64,000 bases of DNA. It comes from an uncultured bacterium (GTDB lineage Bacteria > Patescibacteriota > Minisyncoccia > Phycocordibacterales > GCA-2401445). The notes beneath the pieces were generated by a model. The model made no database searches, was not told where the DNA came from, and saw nothing but the letters and a program-made list of their open reading frames with translations. Positions 18,616 to 28,284 of the stretch are shown here, in pieces. How positions within the stretch are numbered: the stretch's first letter is position 1; each line of letters starts with the position of its first letter. The position numbers and the translations under genes are program-made. The stretch covers positions 142,661 to 206,660 of the forward strand of contig CALFYW010000016.1 in assembly GCA_937952265.1 (NCBI GenBank). Direction: 5' to 3'.

Positions 18616-19908
18616 TTACTCTGCTTCCCCCCACCCCTGAAGCTGGTAGCCTCCTCCTGGGCCCGACGTAAAAAGCAAGCTTGCGAGTCCGGTCTCGTAA
18701 ATTACCTCAGCGCTATTTTTAATTCGAATACGATATCCGGTTACTTCCTTGAGGCTGATATTGTTCTGGAGTTCAATTTCTCCATGACCAGCATAAACCA
18801 ACAAATCACCATCAACACTATTCTTAATATCAATTGCTCGATTACTACCTCCATTTTCAGCGCTCTCATTTTGAGAAATAAAGACAACATAGGATCCGCT
18901 TGAGCCAGAGCCAAAAAAATCCACACTGTTTTCAAGCATAATTCTGCTCCCAGAGAGTCGGTCTGAAGGGTCATCCGCGATAATTGGCACACTTTGGTTT
19001 CCTAATGAAGTTGCAATATAGATATTAGGACTATTCTTAATGAGAATATTTCCCTCAACCCATATCGGACCATTTAACGTAATGTTGTAATTATTACCCT
19101 CAATTTCAAGATCGCACGCAATTTTCCGAGGGCCAAGCGTGGTCGCGCTATTTATCTTGAGTGGGCAAGGTGATGAAGTAACCCCTCCGGCAAGTGCGGT
19201 AGCTTTCCATTCTTCAATTAACGCATCAGAGATTGGCAATTCAGCAGGAGGCTGATTAGGACTTCCCGGGTAAAGCGTCCCTCCTACAATCGTTCCTGAT
19301 ATATTCTGATAATACGCGTCGCCATCAATGGTGGAATCACGAATGGTACGGGCATACGCGGTTCCTGTTGCATGCACACCGTCAATAAGGCCACTCGCCC
19401 CAGCAGAAACCACATCCCCTCGAACAATATTTGAATTTGAACCATCAATCGGTCCGTTTGAATACACATTACCCCGAACTGAAGCACTATTTTCAAGTAT
19501 GATCCCTCCGTTACCTGACTGCACCCCATAATTAAAAGAGACTCCTGAACCTAACGAAACCAGCGCCCTGCTTTTCCGAAACGTGTTTTGTTGTACCGCA
19601 AGAGCGGTAATTTCACGCTGATCACCGTTGACTACGGCAACGGATGTTGAAGCGGTAGTGTTATTCATGCCGCCCAATACCTGAATCGCACTCGTCATCT
19701 TTCCTGACTTAAAACGATATACCACATCCTCAACACCACTCTCCGAAGCAAAGAAGCTCTGGCGTGAACGCCAAGACTCAGCGATAATTCGCCGTTCCGC
19801 AAACGCGGAGCTTGCCACACCCAATACGACAATCACCGAGATCACTAATAAAAATATGAGGGTGGTGAGTAATGCGGCTCCACGATTTTTTAATATTTTT
19901 TGAGACAT
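18616..19908 (-). CDS. PilX-like minor pilin or pilus-associated protein with a predicted beta-helix passenger domain
   Basis: N-terminus NRGAALLTTLIFLLVISVIVVLGVASSAFAER resembles the PilX N-terminal domain. The remainder is rich in short N/G/S/T-containing repeats, suggestive of a parallel beta-helix. It is the last gene of the pilus operon. Confidence 0.5.
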   Translation of the reverse strand: MSQKILKNRGAALLTTLIFLLVISVIVVLGVASSAFAERRIIAESWRSRQSFFASESGVEDVVYRFKSGKMTSAIQVLGGMNNTTASTSVAVVNGDQREITALAVQQNTFRKSRALVSLGSGVSFNYGVQSGNGGIILENSASVRGNVYSNGPIDGSNSNIVRGDVVSAGASGLIDGVHATGTAYARTIRDSTIDGDAYYQNISGTIVGGTLYPGSPNQPPAELPISDALIEEWKATALAGGVTSSPCPLKINSATTLGPRKIACDLEIEGNNYNITLNGPIWVEGNILIKNSPNIYIATSLGNQSVPIIADDPSDRLSGSRIMLENSVDFFGSGSSGSYVVFISQNESAENGGSNRAIDIKNSVDGDLLVYAGHGEIELQNNISLKEVTGYRIRIKNSAEVIYETGLASLLFTSGPGGGYQLQGWGEAE

Positions 19909-19918
19909 AACCTATATA

Positions 19919-20452
19919 CTATTCCTGATAATCACCTCGCAATACTGCTGAATCATAAAACCATGCTGATTTTGTTGTGGTTCCGTACGCGGTTTCAAGT
20001 TCCATTTCTACGCGCACGAGTTCCGCATCAGATGTGGCAACACGACGAAATATCAAGTTTGAAATGGTGACATTCCCCGGAGTAAGCAAACCGTTTGAAT
20101 TGCCATCTTGAAAAAATTCGATTCCACCATTCACAGAAAATAATTTCTGCGACTCCCCGCCCCCATCAAGCGGCACCAAAAGGGCTAGGGTACCAGGGGA
20201 ACTATTGAATACGCTATTCGCCGTATCAACACGAGAGGCACGCCGAATTTCAAACACCATTCGATCGAGTGCGGTTGCGGCAGCAACATGAAGATCCCCC
20301 ACGGCATGTATCGCGGTGTATGAACGAGCCAGAGTAATAAAAGTATTTACCACCACCACAAAAAAGAGTCCGATGATAGCAACGTAGGTTAAAATTTCAA
20401 TCAAGGTAAATCCTTTTCTTCGTTCCTTAGAAAAAAGTAATTGCGATGCCAT
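19919..20452 (-). CDS. Type IV pilin-like pseudopilin
   Basis: Prepilin motif KGFTLIEILTYVAIIGLFFVVVV. The start is set at MASQLLFSKERRKGFTLIEIL, because the track start at 20617 overlaps the upstream gene. Confidence 0.7.
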   Translation of the reverse strand: MASQLLFSKERRKGFTLIEILTYVAIIGLFFVVVVNTFITLARSYTAIHAVGDLHVAAATALDRMVFEIRRASRVDTANSVFNSSPGTLALLVPLDGGGESQKLFSVNGGIEFFQDGNSNGLLTPGNVTISNLIFRRVATSDAELVRVEMELETAYGTTTKSAWFYDSAVLRGDYQE

Positions 20453-20453
20453 A

Positions 20454-20966
20454 CTAATTTTCAAATAAATCACTAAAATAGGCTTCCATACTCTTGGTGG
20501 TCGTTGCTCCTTCTCTAAACCAGGCGACTGAAACCACCACTTTCTTCGTATTAGGATCATTTGCAACCGGTGATACCACGCTACCCCCTGGATAGACGAT
20601 ATTATCTTCCGCATCACGTTCTACTGGAGCGTACGTGATTGTTCGTAAGAAGGTAGCATCAATCATAGGGGTAGACGTGCTCACCATATACCACTCACTC
20701 CCATTAAAAACAGCGGCATACGGCACCCCTTCGCTCCAACCCCCTCCTAAAGAAGCGCTCCAACTTTGATCCCTAAAAAACCGCACCACCTCCATTCCCT
20801 CTTCAAGTAGAAATGAGGCTTGAAGCTCAGGGGTATGCTGTAAGGTTCTTTGAAGAAAGCTCGTAAGCGTTACCACTAACGAAAGCGCGATTACCAAGAA
20901 AAGTCCGGTGCCAATGACTACCTCAGTTAAACCAAAACCTGCTTTTTGAAAACTTGTTATTTTCAT
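20454..20966 (-). CDS. Type IV pilin-like pseudopilin
   Basis: N-terminal AGFGLTEVVIGTGLFLVIALSLVV (prepilin G-F-x-L-x-E class). Confidence 0.7.
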   Translation of the reverse strand: MKITSFQKAGFGLTEVVIGTGLFLVIALSLVVTLTSFLQRTLQHTPELQASFLLEEGMEVVRFFRDQSWSASLGGGWSEGVPYAAVFNGSEWYMVSTSTPMIDATFLRTITYAPVERDAEDNIVYPGGSVVSPVANDPNTKKVVVSVAWFREGATTTKSMEAYFSDLFEN

Positions 20967-21445
20967 GAAGTAATTTCAGCAAGACCTGTCTCATAAATAG
21001 TGATGGTGTGCGCGTTTGATGGATCAGTGACATCTTGAACGACAATAGTGCCGTCATCCTCCGTTGCTCCGGTGAGCCGATCAAAAACAACCGCGTACCC
21101 CCCTTGAGCAAGCGTCACTCCCCCAATTTCTGTCTTTGGATTAAGATTTAACACGCGGTTCTCGGGGTCACTCGGAACATAACTCGCGCCTCGAAATAAT
21201 ACGACCGTGGTTGAACTCGCGTACACGCCATATACAGAGGTGCTGTGTGACGCAAGGGTAATGGTTCGCGCGTCGTGTAGCAAGGAAAGAATGCGCACCG
21301 CATCTTTTTTTACTGCTTCTGCATCCCGAACTGAGGTAAAACTCGAGACAACCACAAAGAGCAAAATGCCGATAATACCCGACGCGAGTAAGACTTCAAG
21401 CAAACTCACCCCTTTTCTTTTATTAAACGAAAGAGAGTACATCAT
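20963..21445 (-). CDS. Type IV pilin (likely major pilin)
   Basis: KGVSLLEVLLASGIIGILLFVVV prepilin leader and hydrophobic helix. Located immediately downstream of pilC. Confidence 0.75.
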   Translation of the reverse strand: MMYSLSFNKRKGVSLLEVLLASGIIGILLFVVVSSFTSVRDAEAVKKDAVRILSLLHDARTITLASHSTSVYGVYASSTTVVLFRGASYVPSDPENRVLNLNPKTEIGGVTLAQGGYAVVFDRLTGATEDDGTIVVQDVTDPSNAHTITIYETGLAEITS

Positions 21446-21449
21446 AAGC

Positions 21450-22682
21450 TTAGAAACTTCCTACCAGTGAATAAATCGGGGTAATAATTGAGAGCGCGAA
21501 AAAACCAACCGCAACACCAATCACGATCATTAAGAAAGGTTCGATTACGGTCGACATATCTTTCGTCTTTCGATCAACTTCGGTTTCATAAAAAGAAGCG
21601 AGGTTCATCAACATGTCGGAAAGTTTTCCGGTTTCTTCTCCCACACTAATCATTTCTCCAACTAAAATAGGGTAGAATCCTCCATGGTCGATGAACACTT
21701 CTGAAAGCGCGGTTCCTTTTTGAATTGATGATTCTGCGCGCGCAAGCACTTCTTTGAAATAGCTATTCTGAATAACTTCTCGCGTAATACCGATCGCGTA
21801 CACGATCTCAACTCCTGCCGCAAGTAAAGAGGAGAGCGTGCGCGCGGTTCTTGCCGCGTTTACTTCCTTCACGATATCCCGAATGAGGGGAATATGTAAT
21901 ACAAAAAAATCAAACATTCGCTTCCCGCGCTTCGTTCTTAAAAATGAAATGAATCCCACAATCGCACCGAGAGTGGCTCCGAGAAGTAGCCATGGATGCG
22001 TTTGGATGAGCTCGCTGATACCGATAATGATTTTGGTGCTTAATGGAAGTTTCGCGTCAAGTTCTTCAAAGGTTGCGGTTAGCGTTGGCACCACGTATAC
22101 AAACATCAAAATACCGATCAAAACCATGGCGCTTAGGACAATCGCGGGATACATCATTGCGCCACGGACTTTCTTTTTCAAGGTATAAATCCGCTCTTGT
22201 TGCATTGCGAGCACCGAGAGCGATTCCGCAAGGCTTCCACTTTCTTCTCCAGCTTTAACCATCGCAATAAAAATTGGAGGAAACACCTTGGGATGTTTTT
22301 CCATACTCGCATAAAGCGGATCTCCTCCATGAATACCCTCCGAGAGCTTCTTTACCACTTTTTTAAACGCGGGATTCTTCATCTGCCGCTCAAGCACTGA
22401 GAGCGCGCGAGACATAGGAAGCCCTGCCTCAAGCAGTGCGCCGAGATTTCGCGTAAACAAAATCTTCTCATACAAACGCACCCCAAAAGAGAACTCTAAT
22501 TTCTTCAAGCCTGCCAAAGAAAACTTCTTTTCTTCTTTAGATTTTTTCTCATGTTGCTGAACAGAAATGAGGACTTCACCCTTTTCCCGAAGCGTGCGCG
22601 CAAGCGCGTATTGATCACGCGCTTCAGCGGTCTCTTCGTACACTTCCCCGTTTGCGCGCGAAGCGCGATAGTGAATTTTCAT
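21450..22682 (-). CDS. pilC: Type IV pilus assembly platform protein PilC / GspF family
   Basis: 410 aa with duplicated GspF domains and 3 TM helices. Confidence 0.9.
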   Translation of the reverse strand: MKIHYRASRANGEVYEETAEARDQYALARTLREKGEVLISVQQHEKKSKEEKKFSLAGLKKLEFSFGVRLYEKILFTRNLGALLEAGLPMSRALSVLERQMKNPAFKKVVKKLSEGIHGGDPLYASMEKHPKVFPPIFIAMVKAGEESGSLAESLSVLAMQQERIYTLKKKVRGAMMYPAIVLSAMVLIGILMFVYVVPTLTATFEELDAKLPLSTKIIIGISELIQTHPWLLLGATLGAIVGFISFLRTKRGKRMFDFFVLHIPLIRDIVKEVNAARTARTLSSLLAAGVEIVYAIGITREVIQNSYFKEVLARAESSIQKGTALSEVFIDHGGFYPILVGEMISVGEETGKLSDMLMNLASFYETEVDRKTKDMSTVIEPFLMIVIGVAVGFFALSIITPIYSLVGSF

Positions 22683-22684
22683 AA

Positions 22685-24466
22685 TTATTCTGAAATAACC
22701 CGCAATACTTCTTCAATCGTCGTAAATCCTTGCGCGGCCTTAATGATTCCGTCTTCAAACATGGTAACCATTCCTTCTTTTTTTGCTTGCGTTTCAAATT
22801 GTTCTGCGGTACCCCCTCGAATGATAAGTTCTTTGATCGCGGAAGAAACCTTGAGTACTTCATAAATACCTACCCGCCCGCTGTATCCATCAGGACACTC
22901 TGAAGACTTCTTTGGTCGGAAGAAAGGAATCTTCTCCCAAGAAGACCCTCGCGGCACAATCTTCTCCGCAACTAAAAACTCCATTACTCGATCGAGGTCA
23001 ATTGAGCCCTTCAGATCTTCGATTTCCTCTTTCTTCAAAAAATATTTCTCCTTCACACTGCATAACCGGCGAATCAAACGCTGACCAATGACTACATTTA
23101 CGGTAGAGACGAGCAAGAAAGGTTCAATTCCCATATCAATTAAGCGAGGGATCGCTCCGGCTGCAGAATTGGTATGGAGGGTTGAGAGCACGAGGTGTCC
23201 GGTAAGCGACGCGTTCACTGCAAGAGATGCCGTTTCGCGATCGCGAATTTCACCGACCATGATGATATCGGGGTCCTGACGCAACAATGAACGCAACCCT
23301 TCAGAAAAAGAAAAACCAATATCCGGCTTTACTTGGGTTTGATTAATTCGCTTCATCTGATACTCGACCGGATCTTCAATGGTTGAAATATTTACATCTG
23401 GCTCATTGAGAATATCGAGCATGGTATAGAGCGTGGTGGTTTTTCCTGAACCAGTTGGCCCGGTGGTCAAAATCATCCCTGTTTTCTGCTTGGTCGCGCT
23501 ATGCAGATGCTCAAGCGAGTCTCCATGGAATCCAAGTCCTTCAAGAGAAAATCCTGACACATTTTCCCGCAAGAGACGCATCACCACCTTCTCGCCATAC
23601 GCAATAGGTAGCACTGACACACGTAATGACACTCGCTCATTATTCATATCCACCTTAAACCTTCCGTCTTGCGGCAGACGCTTCTCATCGAGCTTAAGTT
23701 TTGCGAGCACTTTAACGCGCGCGGTGATCCCTGGTCCAGCGCTTTTGGGAAGGGTCATCGCATCATGCAAGATACCGTCAATCCGATACCGGATCAGCAC
23801 CTGCTCTTCCATAGGCTCAATATGAATGTCTGAGGCGCGCTGGATAATTGCGTGTTTAATCAGGGTGTCGACAATGCGGATAACCGGCAAATCCTCCGCC
23901 ATCTTTTTCAAATCTTTTTCTGAAATATTCTCGTCCCCTTCTTTTTCTTTAATCGTCTTGATCTGGGATGTTTCTTTTTGAATAATGTCCCCGAACTCAA
24001 GCTTGAGGCTTTTTTGATATTGAATCAGTCCACTTCGAATTGATTCACGATCAGTGAGACGAGGAAGAATTTTCAATCCCACCTTTTTTTTGATAAAGTC
24101 GATGGCATTAAGGTCTTCCGTATCAAGCATCGCCACCTCAAGACTGTCATTCGTTTTCGCAAACGCCACCACATTATGCGCGCGTGCTACTGGCTCTGGA
24201 ATCAATGAGAGAATTTCAAAATCAATTTTCTGATTTACCAAATTAACAAACGGAATTCCTAAAATATACGCATGGATCCGTCCGAGATCATCCTCGGATA
24301 CATAGCCACGCTCAATTAAAACATGTGAGATTGTTTTCTTTTGCTCTTTCGCTTCATCTTCGGCGCGCTCAAAATCCGCTTTGGAGACCAAATTTGAATC
24401 AAGAACAAACTTTTTCAGTTGTGCTTCTTCAACATGCACAGTGTATAGGCTGTGTGTAGCAGACAC
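22685..24466 (-). CDS. pilB: Type IV pilus assembly ATPase PilB / GspE family
   Basis: 593 aa with Walker A GPTGSGKTTT, Asp/His boxes and the GspE N-terminal domain. Confidence 0.9.
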   Translation of the reverse strand: MSATHSLYTVHVEEAQLKKFVLDSNLVSKADFERAEDEAKEQKKTISHVLIERGYVSEDDLGRIHAYILGIPFVNLVNQKIDFEILSLIPEPVARAHNVVAFAKTNDSLEVAMLDTEDLNAIDFIKKKVGLKILPRLTDRESIRSGLIQYQKSLKLEFGDIIQKETSQIKTIKEKEGDENISEKDLKKMAEDLPVIRIVDTLIKHAIIQRASDIHIEPMEEQVLIRYRIDGILHDAMTLPKSAGPGITARVKVLAKLKLDEKRLPQDGRFKVDMNNERVSLRVSVLPIAYGEKVVMRLLRENVSGFSLEGLGFHGDSLEHLHSATKQKTGMILTTGPTGSGKTTTLYTMLDILNEPDVNISTIEDPVEYQMKRINQTQVKPDIGFSFSEGLRSLLRQDPDIIMVGEIRDRETASLAVNASLTGHLVLSTLHTNSAAGAIPRLIDMGIEPFLLVSTVNVVIGQRLIRRLCSVKEKYFLKKEEIEDLKGSIDLDRVMEFLVAEKIVPRGSSWEKIPFFRPKKSSECPDGYSGRVGIYEVLKVSSAIKELIIRGGTAEQFETQAKKEGMVTMFEDGIIKAAQGFTTIEEVLRVISE

Positions 24467-24504
24467 ACATGAATACCTCTATTGTATACCAACTCATTCG
24501 TTTC

Positions 24505-24529
24505 AAAAACGAAATCTGTGTATTACCTT
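24505..24529. repeat. 25-bp perfect direct repeat, copy 1 (aaaaacgaaatctgtgtattacctt)
   Basis: Identical to 25805-25829. Intergenic, 43 bp upstream of the methyltransferase start. Confidence 0.9.
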
Positions 24530-24571
24530 TGATGGAGGTGTCAAATAAAAAATTTTTGATAAAATATCCCT

Positions 24572-25132
24572 ATGTCACTAGATCAGGACAGGCGATCATT
24601 CTTTATAAGAAAACTGGAAAGTGAAAAACTTCTTCCAGAAAATAAGCACGTGCTTGATCTTGGACCAGGTCTCGGAGATGATATAGCTTTTCTCGCAAAC
24701 CGTGGTTATGAAGTAGATTGTGTTGATAAAAATCCTGATGTGATAGCTAACATCCAATCAAAAAATTTAAAAATAAATTGCGTCATACAAGACCTGGCCC
24801 ATTTCAAAATAGAAAAAGAAAAATATGGCTTAATCATCGCATCAAACTCTCTCCCGTTCCTACCCGAAAAGGAAAAAGTGGACACTGTCATCCAAAGGAT
24901 GATTGACGGCCTCAGTAAAAAAGGGGTCATGTATCTTACGTTGTTTGGTATGCATGATGAGTGGCAAGGAAAACGAATAATGAGTTTCTTCACTGAACAA
25001 GAAGCTCTTGGAATACTTGCCAAGTCTCGGGTTAAAATTTATTGGAAAAATATTGAGGAAGGATATGGCCGAACTATGAACGGTAGTATTAAATACTGGC
25101 ATATTTTTAAATTCATTTGTATAAAAGAATAA
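24572..25132 (+). CDS. Class I SAM-dependent methyltransferase (TehB-like small MTase)
   Basis: Motif I VLDLGPGLGDDIAFLANRGYEVDCVD, about 186 aa. Confidence 0.7.
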   Translation: MSLDQDRRSFFIRKLESEKLLPENKHVLDLGPGLGDDIAFLANRGYEVDCVDKNPDVIANIQSKNLKINCVIQDLAHFKIEKEKYGLIIASNSLPFLPEKEKVDTVIQRMIDGLSKKGVMYLTLFGMHDEWQGKRIMSFFTEQEALGILAKSRVKIYWKNIEEGYGRTMNGSIKYWHIFKFICIKE

Positions 25133-25179
25133 AAAAAGACTGGTTTTAAAACCAGTCTTTTCGTGTTCATTTTTTGCTC

Positions 25180-25680
25180 TTAGCCTTTTGTAGAGCATTG
25201 AGCATCCCCGTTACAATCATAAGAAGGGGAACACTCAACAAATGCTCTTTCCGGGAAACGCCAGTTCCCAGATAGGGGTCCGAACGTTTTTTCAGCCAAA
25301 TCCAATGTTTGTTGTACAATCGGAACCCCTTTGGGACGATTCCCCGATTCTTGGGGAGAATGATGTACAAAGCACCCAATATACTTAATACAAAATCGTC
25401 TGTATTCTTTAGTGAAAAGAATGAAATGATGCCAGGCCAAATCAATCTTTTCACTTGGAGCAAGGATGAGGTCAGAAATTCCGCACAAATAGAGGAATTT
25501 CAAGAGATCCTCAAACAAAGACTCTGTTTCCTCCTTCGTCAAACCTTCTTTGTTCTGAAGTCGTTTGATTAAAGGGGGATACCGGTATTGCATGACCCGA
25601 TTTAAGGAAATAGTTTCCTCAACAGATCTTTTTATTTTCTTAGCTTCTTCTAAACCTGTGACAGTCTTCATTCTTTTCAA
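25180..25680 (-). CDS. Hypothetical protein with a DLxWHxF…Y…C…HH motif (weak GRDP/DUF1399-type resemblance)
   Basis: DLAWHHFILFTKEYRRFCIKYIGCFVHHSPQE. Low-confidence family call from memory of the motif only. Confidence 0.4.
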   Translation of the reverse strand: MKRMKTVTGLEEAKKIKRSVEETISLNRVMQYRYPPLIKRLQNKEGLTKEETESLFEDLLKFLYLCGISDLILAPSEKIDLAWHHFILFTKEYRRFCIKYIGCFVHHSPQESGNRPKGVPIVQQTLDLAEKTFGPLSGNWRFPERAFVECSPSYDCNGDAQCSTKG

Positions 25681-25804
25681 CCCTTCCTTTCAAGAAATAG
25701 CTTTTATCTCTCTATGATTAGACTGCTACTCACAATCTAGTATTTATTATAATTACACCAAAATCTCTTTTCAAGATCTAATCTTGTTCCCTATACTAAA
25801 ATTA

Positions 25805-25829
25805 AAAAACGAAATCTGTGTATTACCTT
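25805..25829. repeat. 25-bp perfect direct repeat, copy 2
   Basis: aaaaacgaaatctgtgtattacctt overlaps the 3' end of ORF 25823..26284. Confidence 0.9.
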
Positions 25830-26284
25830 GAAGGCTCCATACCAAGTTCTTTGCGTCTTTCTTCTAATGCTTCGGGGTTTTCGATTGGAATATATTCGGG
25901 GACATTGTCTTGGTTAACACGATACTGCGTTCCGTATAGTTGAGGAAGGTTCTGTAATACACGCATCTTATCAACCATAAAAGCAATATGCGCCTTTTCA
26001 ATATCCTTTACGTCTCTATTTTTTAAAAACTGGATTGATTGTTTTAATAGTTCAATATCTTCTGAATGAAGAACAACCACTACGGCTGATTTGTATGCTT
26101 CGTGTGAAGTCGTGGTGATCGTAGGAAAACCATTTTTTTCTATTATTTCTTTAAGACACGCAACATGCTTTCGGTTTATTTCCTGAAGTTCAGATGTACT
26201 TATTTTCTTCTCTCTAAAATCCTTAATGGCTTGTTGATCTCGTACCAGCATATTTTCAAGTAAAGAGGTATTTTCATTTTTCAT
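25823..26284 (-). CDS. Hypothetical protein (153 aa)
   Basis: ORF in AT-rich context. No recognisable domain. Confidence 0.45.
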   Translation of the reverse strand: MKNENTSLLENMLVRDQQAIKDFREKKISTSELQEINRKHVACLKEIIEKNGFPTITTTSHEAYKSAVVVVLHSEDIELLKQSIQFLKNRDVKDIEKAHIAFMVDKMRVLQNLPQLYGTQYRVNQDNVPEYIPIENPEALEERRKELGMEPSR

Positions 26285-26415
26285 TACTATAGATTAATTT
26301 ACATTTGATGAAAACACAAAAAACTCCGTTGTGTTTTACTTATTGGGGTACATTGACACCGATATAATTTTTGTTATTGTCAATCCAGAATCACGAACCT
26401 TAATAAAGGAGTTGT

Positions 26416-27459
26416 GTGATGCAAACACACAGAAAAATCTTTTTTGATCTTATTCAGAACTATTTTACAAACATGCTTGATAAGCATAGCATTCCAGTTC
26501 AAGGACTCAGACACATAAATGCAAGTCATGTTAATTTTGTATTTGAATGTAAGATAAATCATAAAGACATCATCTTAAAAGCAAACTTCTATGGCCGAAG
26601 CATGCTATTCGCCTACGAGAAATTTTTAGATGATGGGGCCCTAGGATTTTCCGCTAGACTCAGAGAATATGGAGAGGATGATGACAAGTTCGAGATGCTT
26701 TTAGAAAAACAAGCCCTGAACCTATTAGCAGAAAACGGTGTCCGCACTCCTCCAGTCAAAGGATTCATATACCCCAACATACTTCTATTGGAAAAGCTCT
26801 ACGGCAACACTCTCGACAAAGAACCTTTGAACGAACTCCTGTCAAACAGATTGACTTCAATCCTCGTTCTTATTCACTCTATTCCCCCTCCATTAGGTTG
26901 TAGAAAAAGAGAAATCGAGATAAGGGACGGTGTGATTGTGATCAAGGATCCTAATTTTGAGAGAATACTACTATTTGACAGGGTCGCTAAAAATGTAACG
27001 ACTGCCATTTCATCATATACCAATCGACAATGTTTCCTTCATGGAGATTTCAAAGGAAATAATATTTTCTTTGATGGCGAAAAGATCAGCATTCTTGATC
27101 CAAAGCCTTGCGTTGGTATACCCCACACAGATTTGGGGAAATTTGGTACACGATTGATTCTCACGGGCAGACGTAAAGATTTGCCGACAATAAAGCACGG
27201 TCTCGAGTTAATGTTTAGACAATATTCACAAACATTCGGCTTCGACGCCAGAGAAACCGAGGAGGTCTCGGTTGCCATGGGCCTTATGGAACTTAACCAT
27301 CTGCTAGAACAGAGGGCGAGAGCTAATATAGATATCCTTGGGCACGAAATACTTGAGTTATATGAAATCAAACCATTAGTACTCTATCTCTCGGAATTGG
27401 TACTGAGACGCGGGGAGATGATGACAATCGAAAAACTTTGTTCTTTCATGGAAAGATAA
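26416..27459 (+). CDS. Aminoglycoside/choline-kinase-like phosphotransferase (APH fold)
   Basis: FLHGDFKGNNIFFDGEKISILDPKPCVGIPHTDLGKF matches the Brenner and DxD catalytic/activation segments of APH-family kinases. Confidence 0.55.
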   Translation: MMQTHRKIFFDLIQNYFTNMLDKHSIPVQGLRHINASHVNFVFECKINHKDIILKANFYGRSMLFAYEKFLDDGALGFSARLREYGEDDDKFEMLLEKQALNLLAENGVRTPPVKGFIYPNILLLEKLYGNTLDKEPLNELLSNRLTSILVLIHSIPPPLGCRKREIEIRDGVIVIKDPNFERILLFDRVAKNVTTAISSYTNRQCFLHGDFKGNNIFFDGEKISILDPKPCVGIPHTDLGKFGTRLILTGRRKDLPTIKHGLELMFRQYSQTFGFDARETEEVSVAMGLMELNHLLEQRARANIDILGHEILELYEIKPLVLYLSELVLRRGEMMTIEKLCSFMER

Positions 27460-27504
27460 AACTATGTATTTAAAACAACCATCATTCTATTGATGGTTGT
27501 TTTC

Positions 27505-28284
27505 TTACAGCACTCGTATCCTTTTGAGATGTCTTTTATTTGCACGCACCTGTTCCGTCCTGCCGTGAAAGTATTTTTTGTTGTCAAATATGTAGAGGTA
27601 ATGTGGCATCCATTTAAGCGCATTGATATTTTCATATAAACTAAGTACCCATTCCATCTTATCAGCAACAGACTTCACTGCGCCATCATCAAACTCCCCG
27701 CATTTCTTAACAAACCAATCAGTTCCATAGGTACCCAAATCTCGATAAGAGAAATACTCTATACCTCTCTTCGAGTCTAAATTCAATATTGGATTCTGAG
27801 AGACAATTTTTCTGTCTGAAGAGATTGGGAACATTCTTTTCATCAATTCTAAATCGGAAGAGCTGAAATATCTGTACATCTTATCCATTGGATAAATAAT
27901 GGTCTGTCCACCATTCTCGTCTGGGGACGCATTGATGCAATAAAGAGCTAAATAATTAGGTTGCTTAGACAGATCAGCGAAAGCCCGCTCCACGTGAAAT
28001 CTGAGACTATTTACTGAGAAAGGCTCGTTCTCCATTGAGATATCTGAATTTATCTCCGTCTTTAGGTTAAGTACAAATTTATCCTCAATATATTTCTGAT
28101 CAACGGCCGAAGTCTCTTCAATTAGATTACCGATTCTCTTCATAAAGGAGATGAAATTTGCATTCGAAAAACTCCTTCCGACATCTATTAGCACAATTCC
28201 ATTTTGATCAAGCTCTACCTTAAAATCATCTGTTACCAATAAAGGCTTTATGGTTAGATAAGGAAAGACGTGATTATATTTCAT
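27505..28284 (-). CDS. TauD/clavaminate-synthase-like Fe(II)/2-oxoglutarate dioxygenase (tentative)
   Basis: An HxE…H…R arrangement (FHVERAF … YFHGRTEQVR) fits the CAS-like 2-His-1-carboxylate pattern. The start ATG overlaps the stop of the corrected upstream HAD gene (ATGA). Confidence 0.4.
   Translation of the reverse strand: MKYNHVFPYLTIKPLLVTDDFKVELDQNGIVLIDVGRSFSNANFISFMKRIGNLIEETSAVDQKYIEDKFVLNLKTEINSDISMENEPFSVNSLRFHVERAFADLSKQPNYLALYCINASPDENGGQTIIYPMDKMYRYFSSSDLELMKRMFPISSDRKIVSQNPILNLDSKRGIEYFSYRDLGTYGTDWFVKKCGEFDDGAVKSVADKMEWVLSLYENINALKWMPHYLYIFDNKKYFHGRTEQVRANKRHLKRIRVL

Noticed and set aside
19919-20617. Longer version of the pseudopilin ORF starting at 20617
   Set aside because: It would overlap the upstream pseudopilin gene by 164 nt. 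The prepilin leader MASQLLFSKERRKGFTLIEIL marks the plausible start at 20452.
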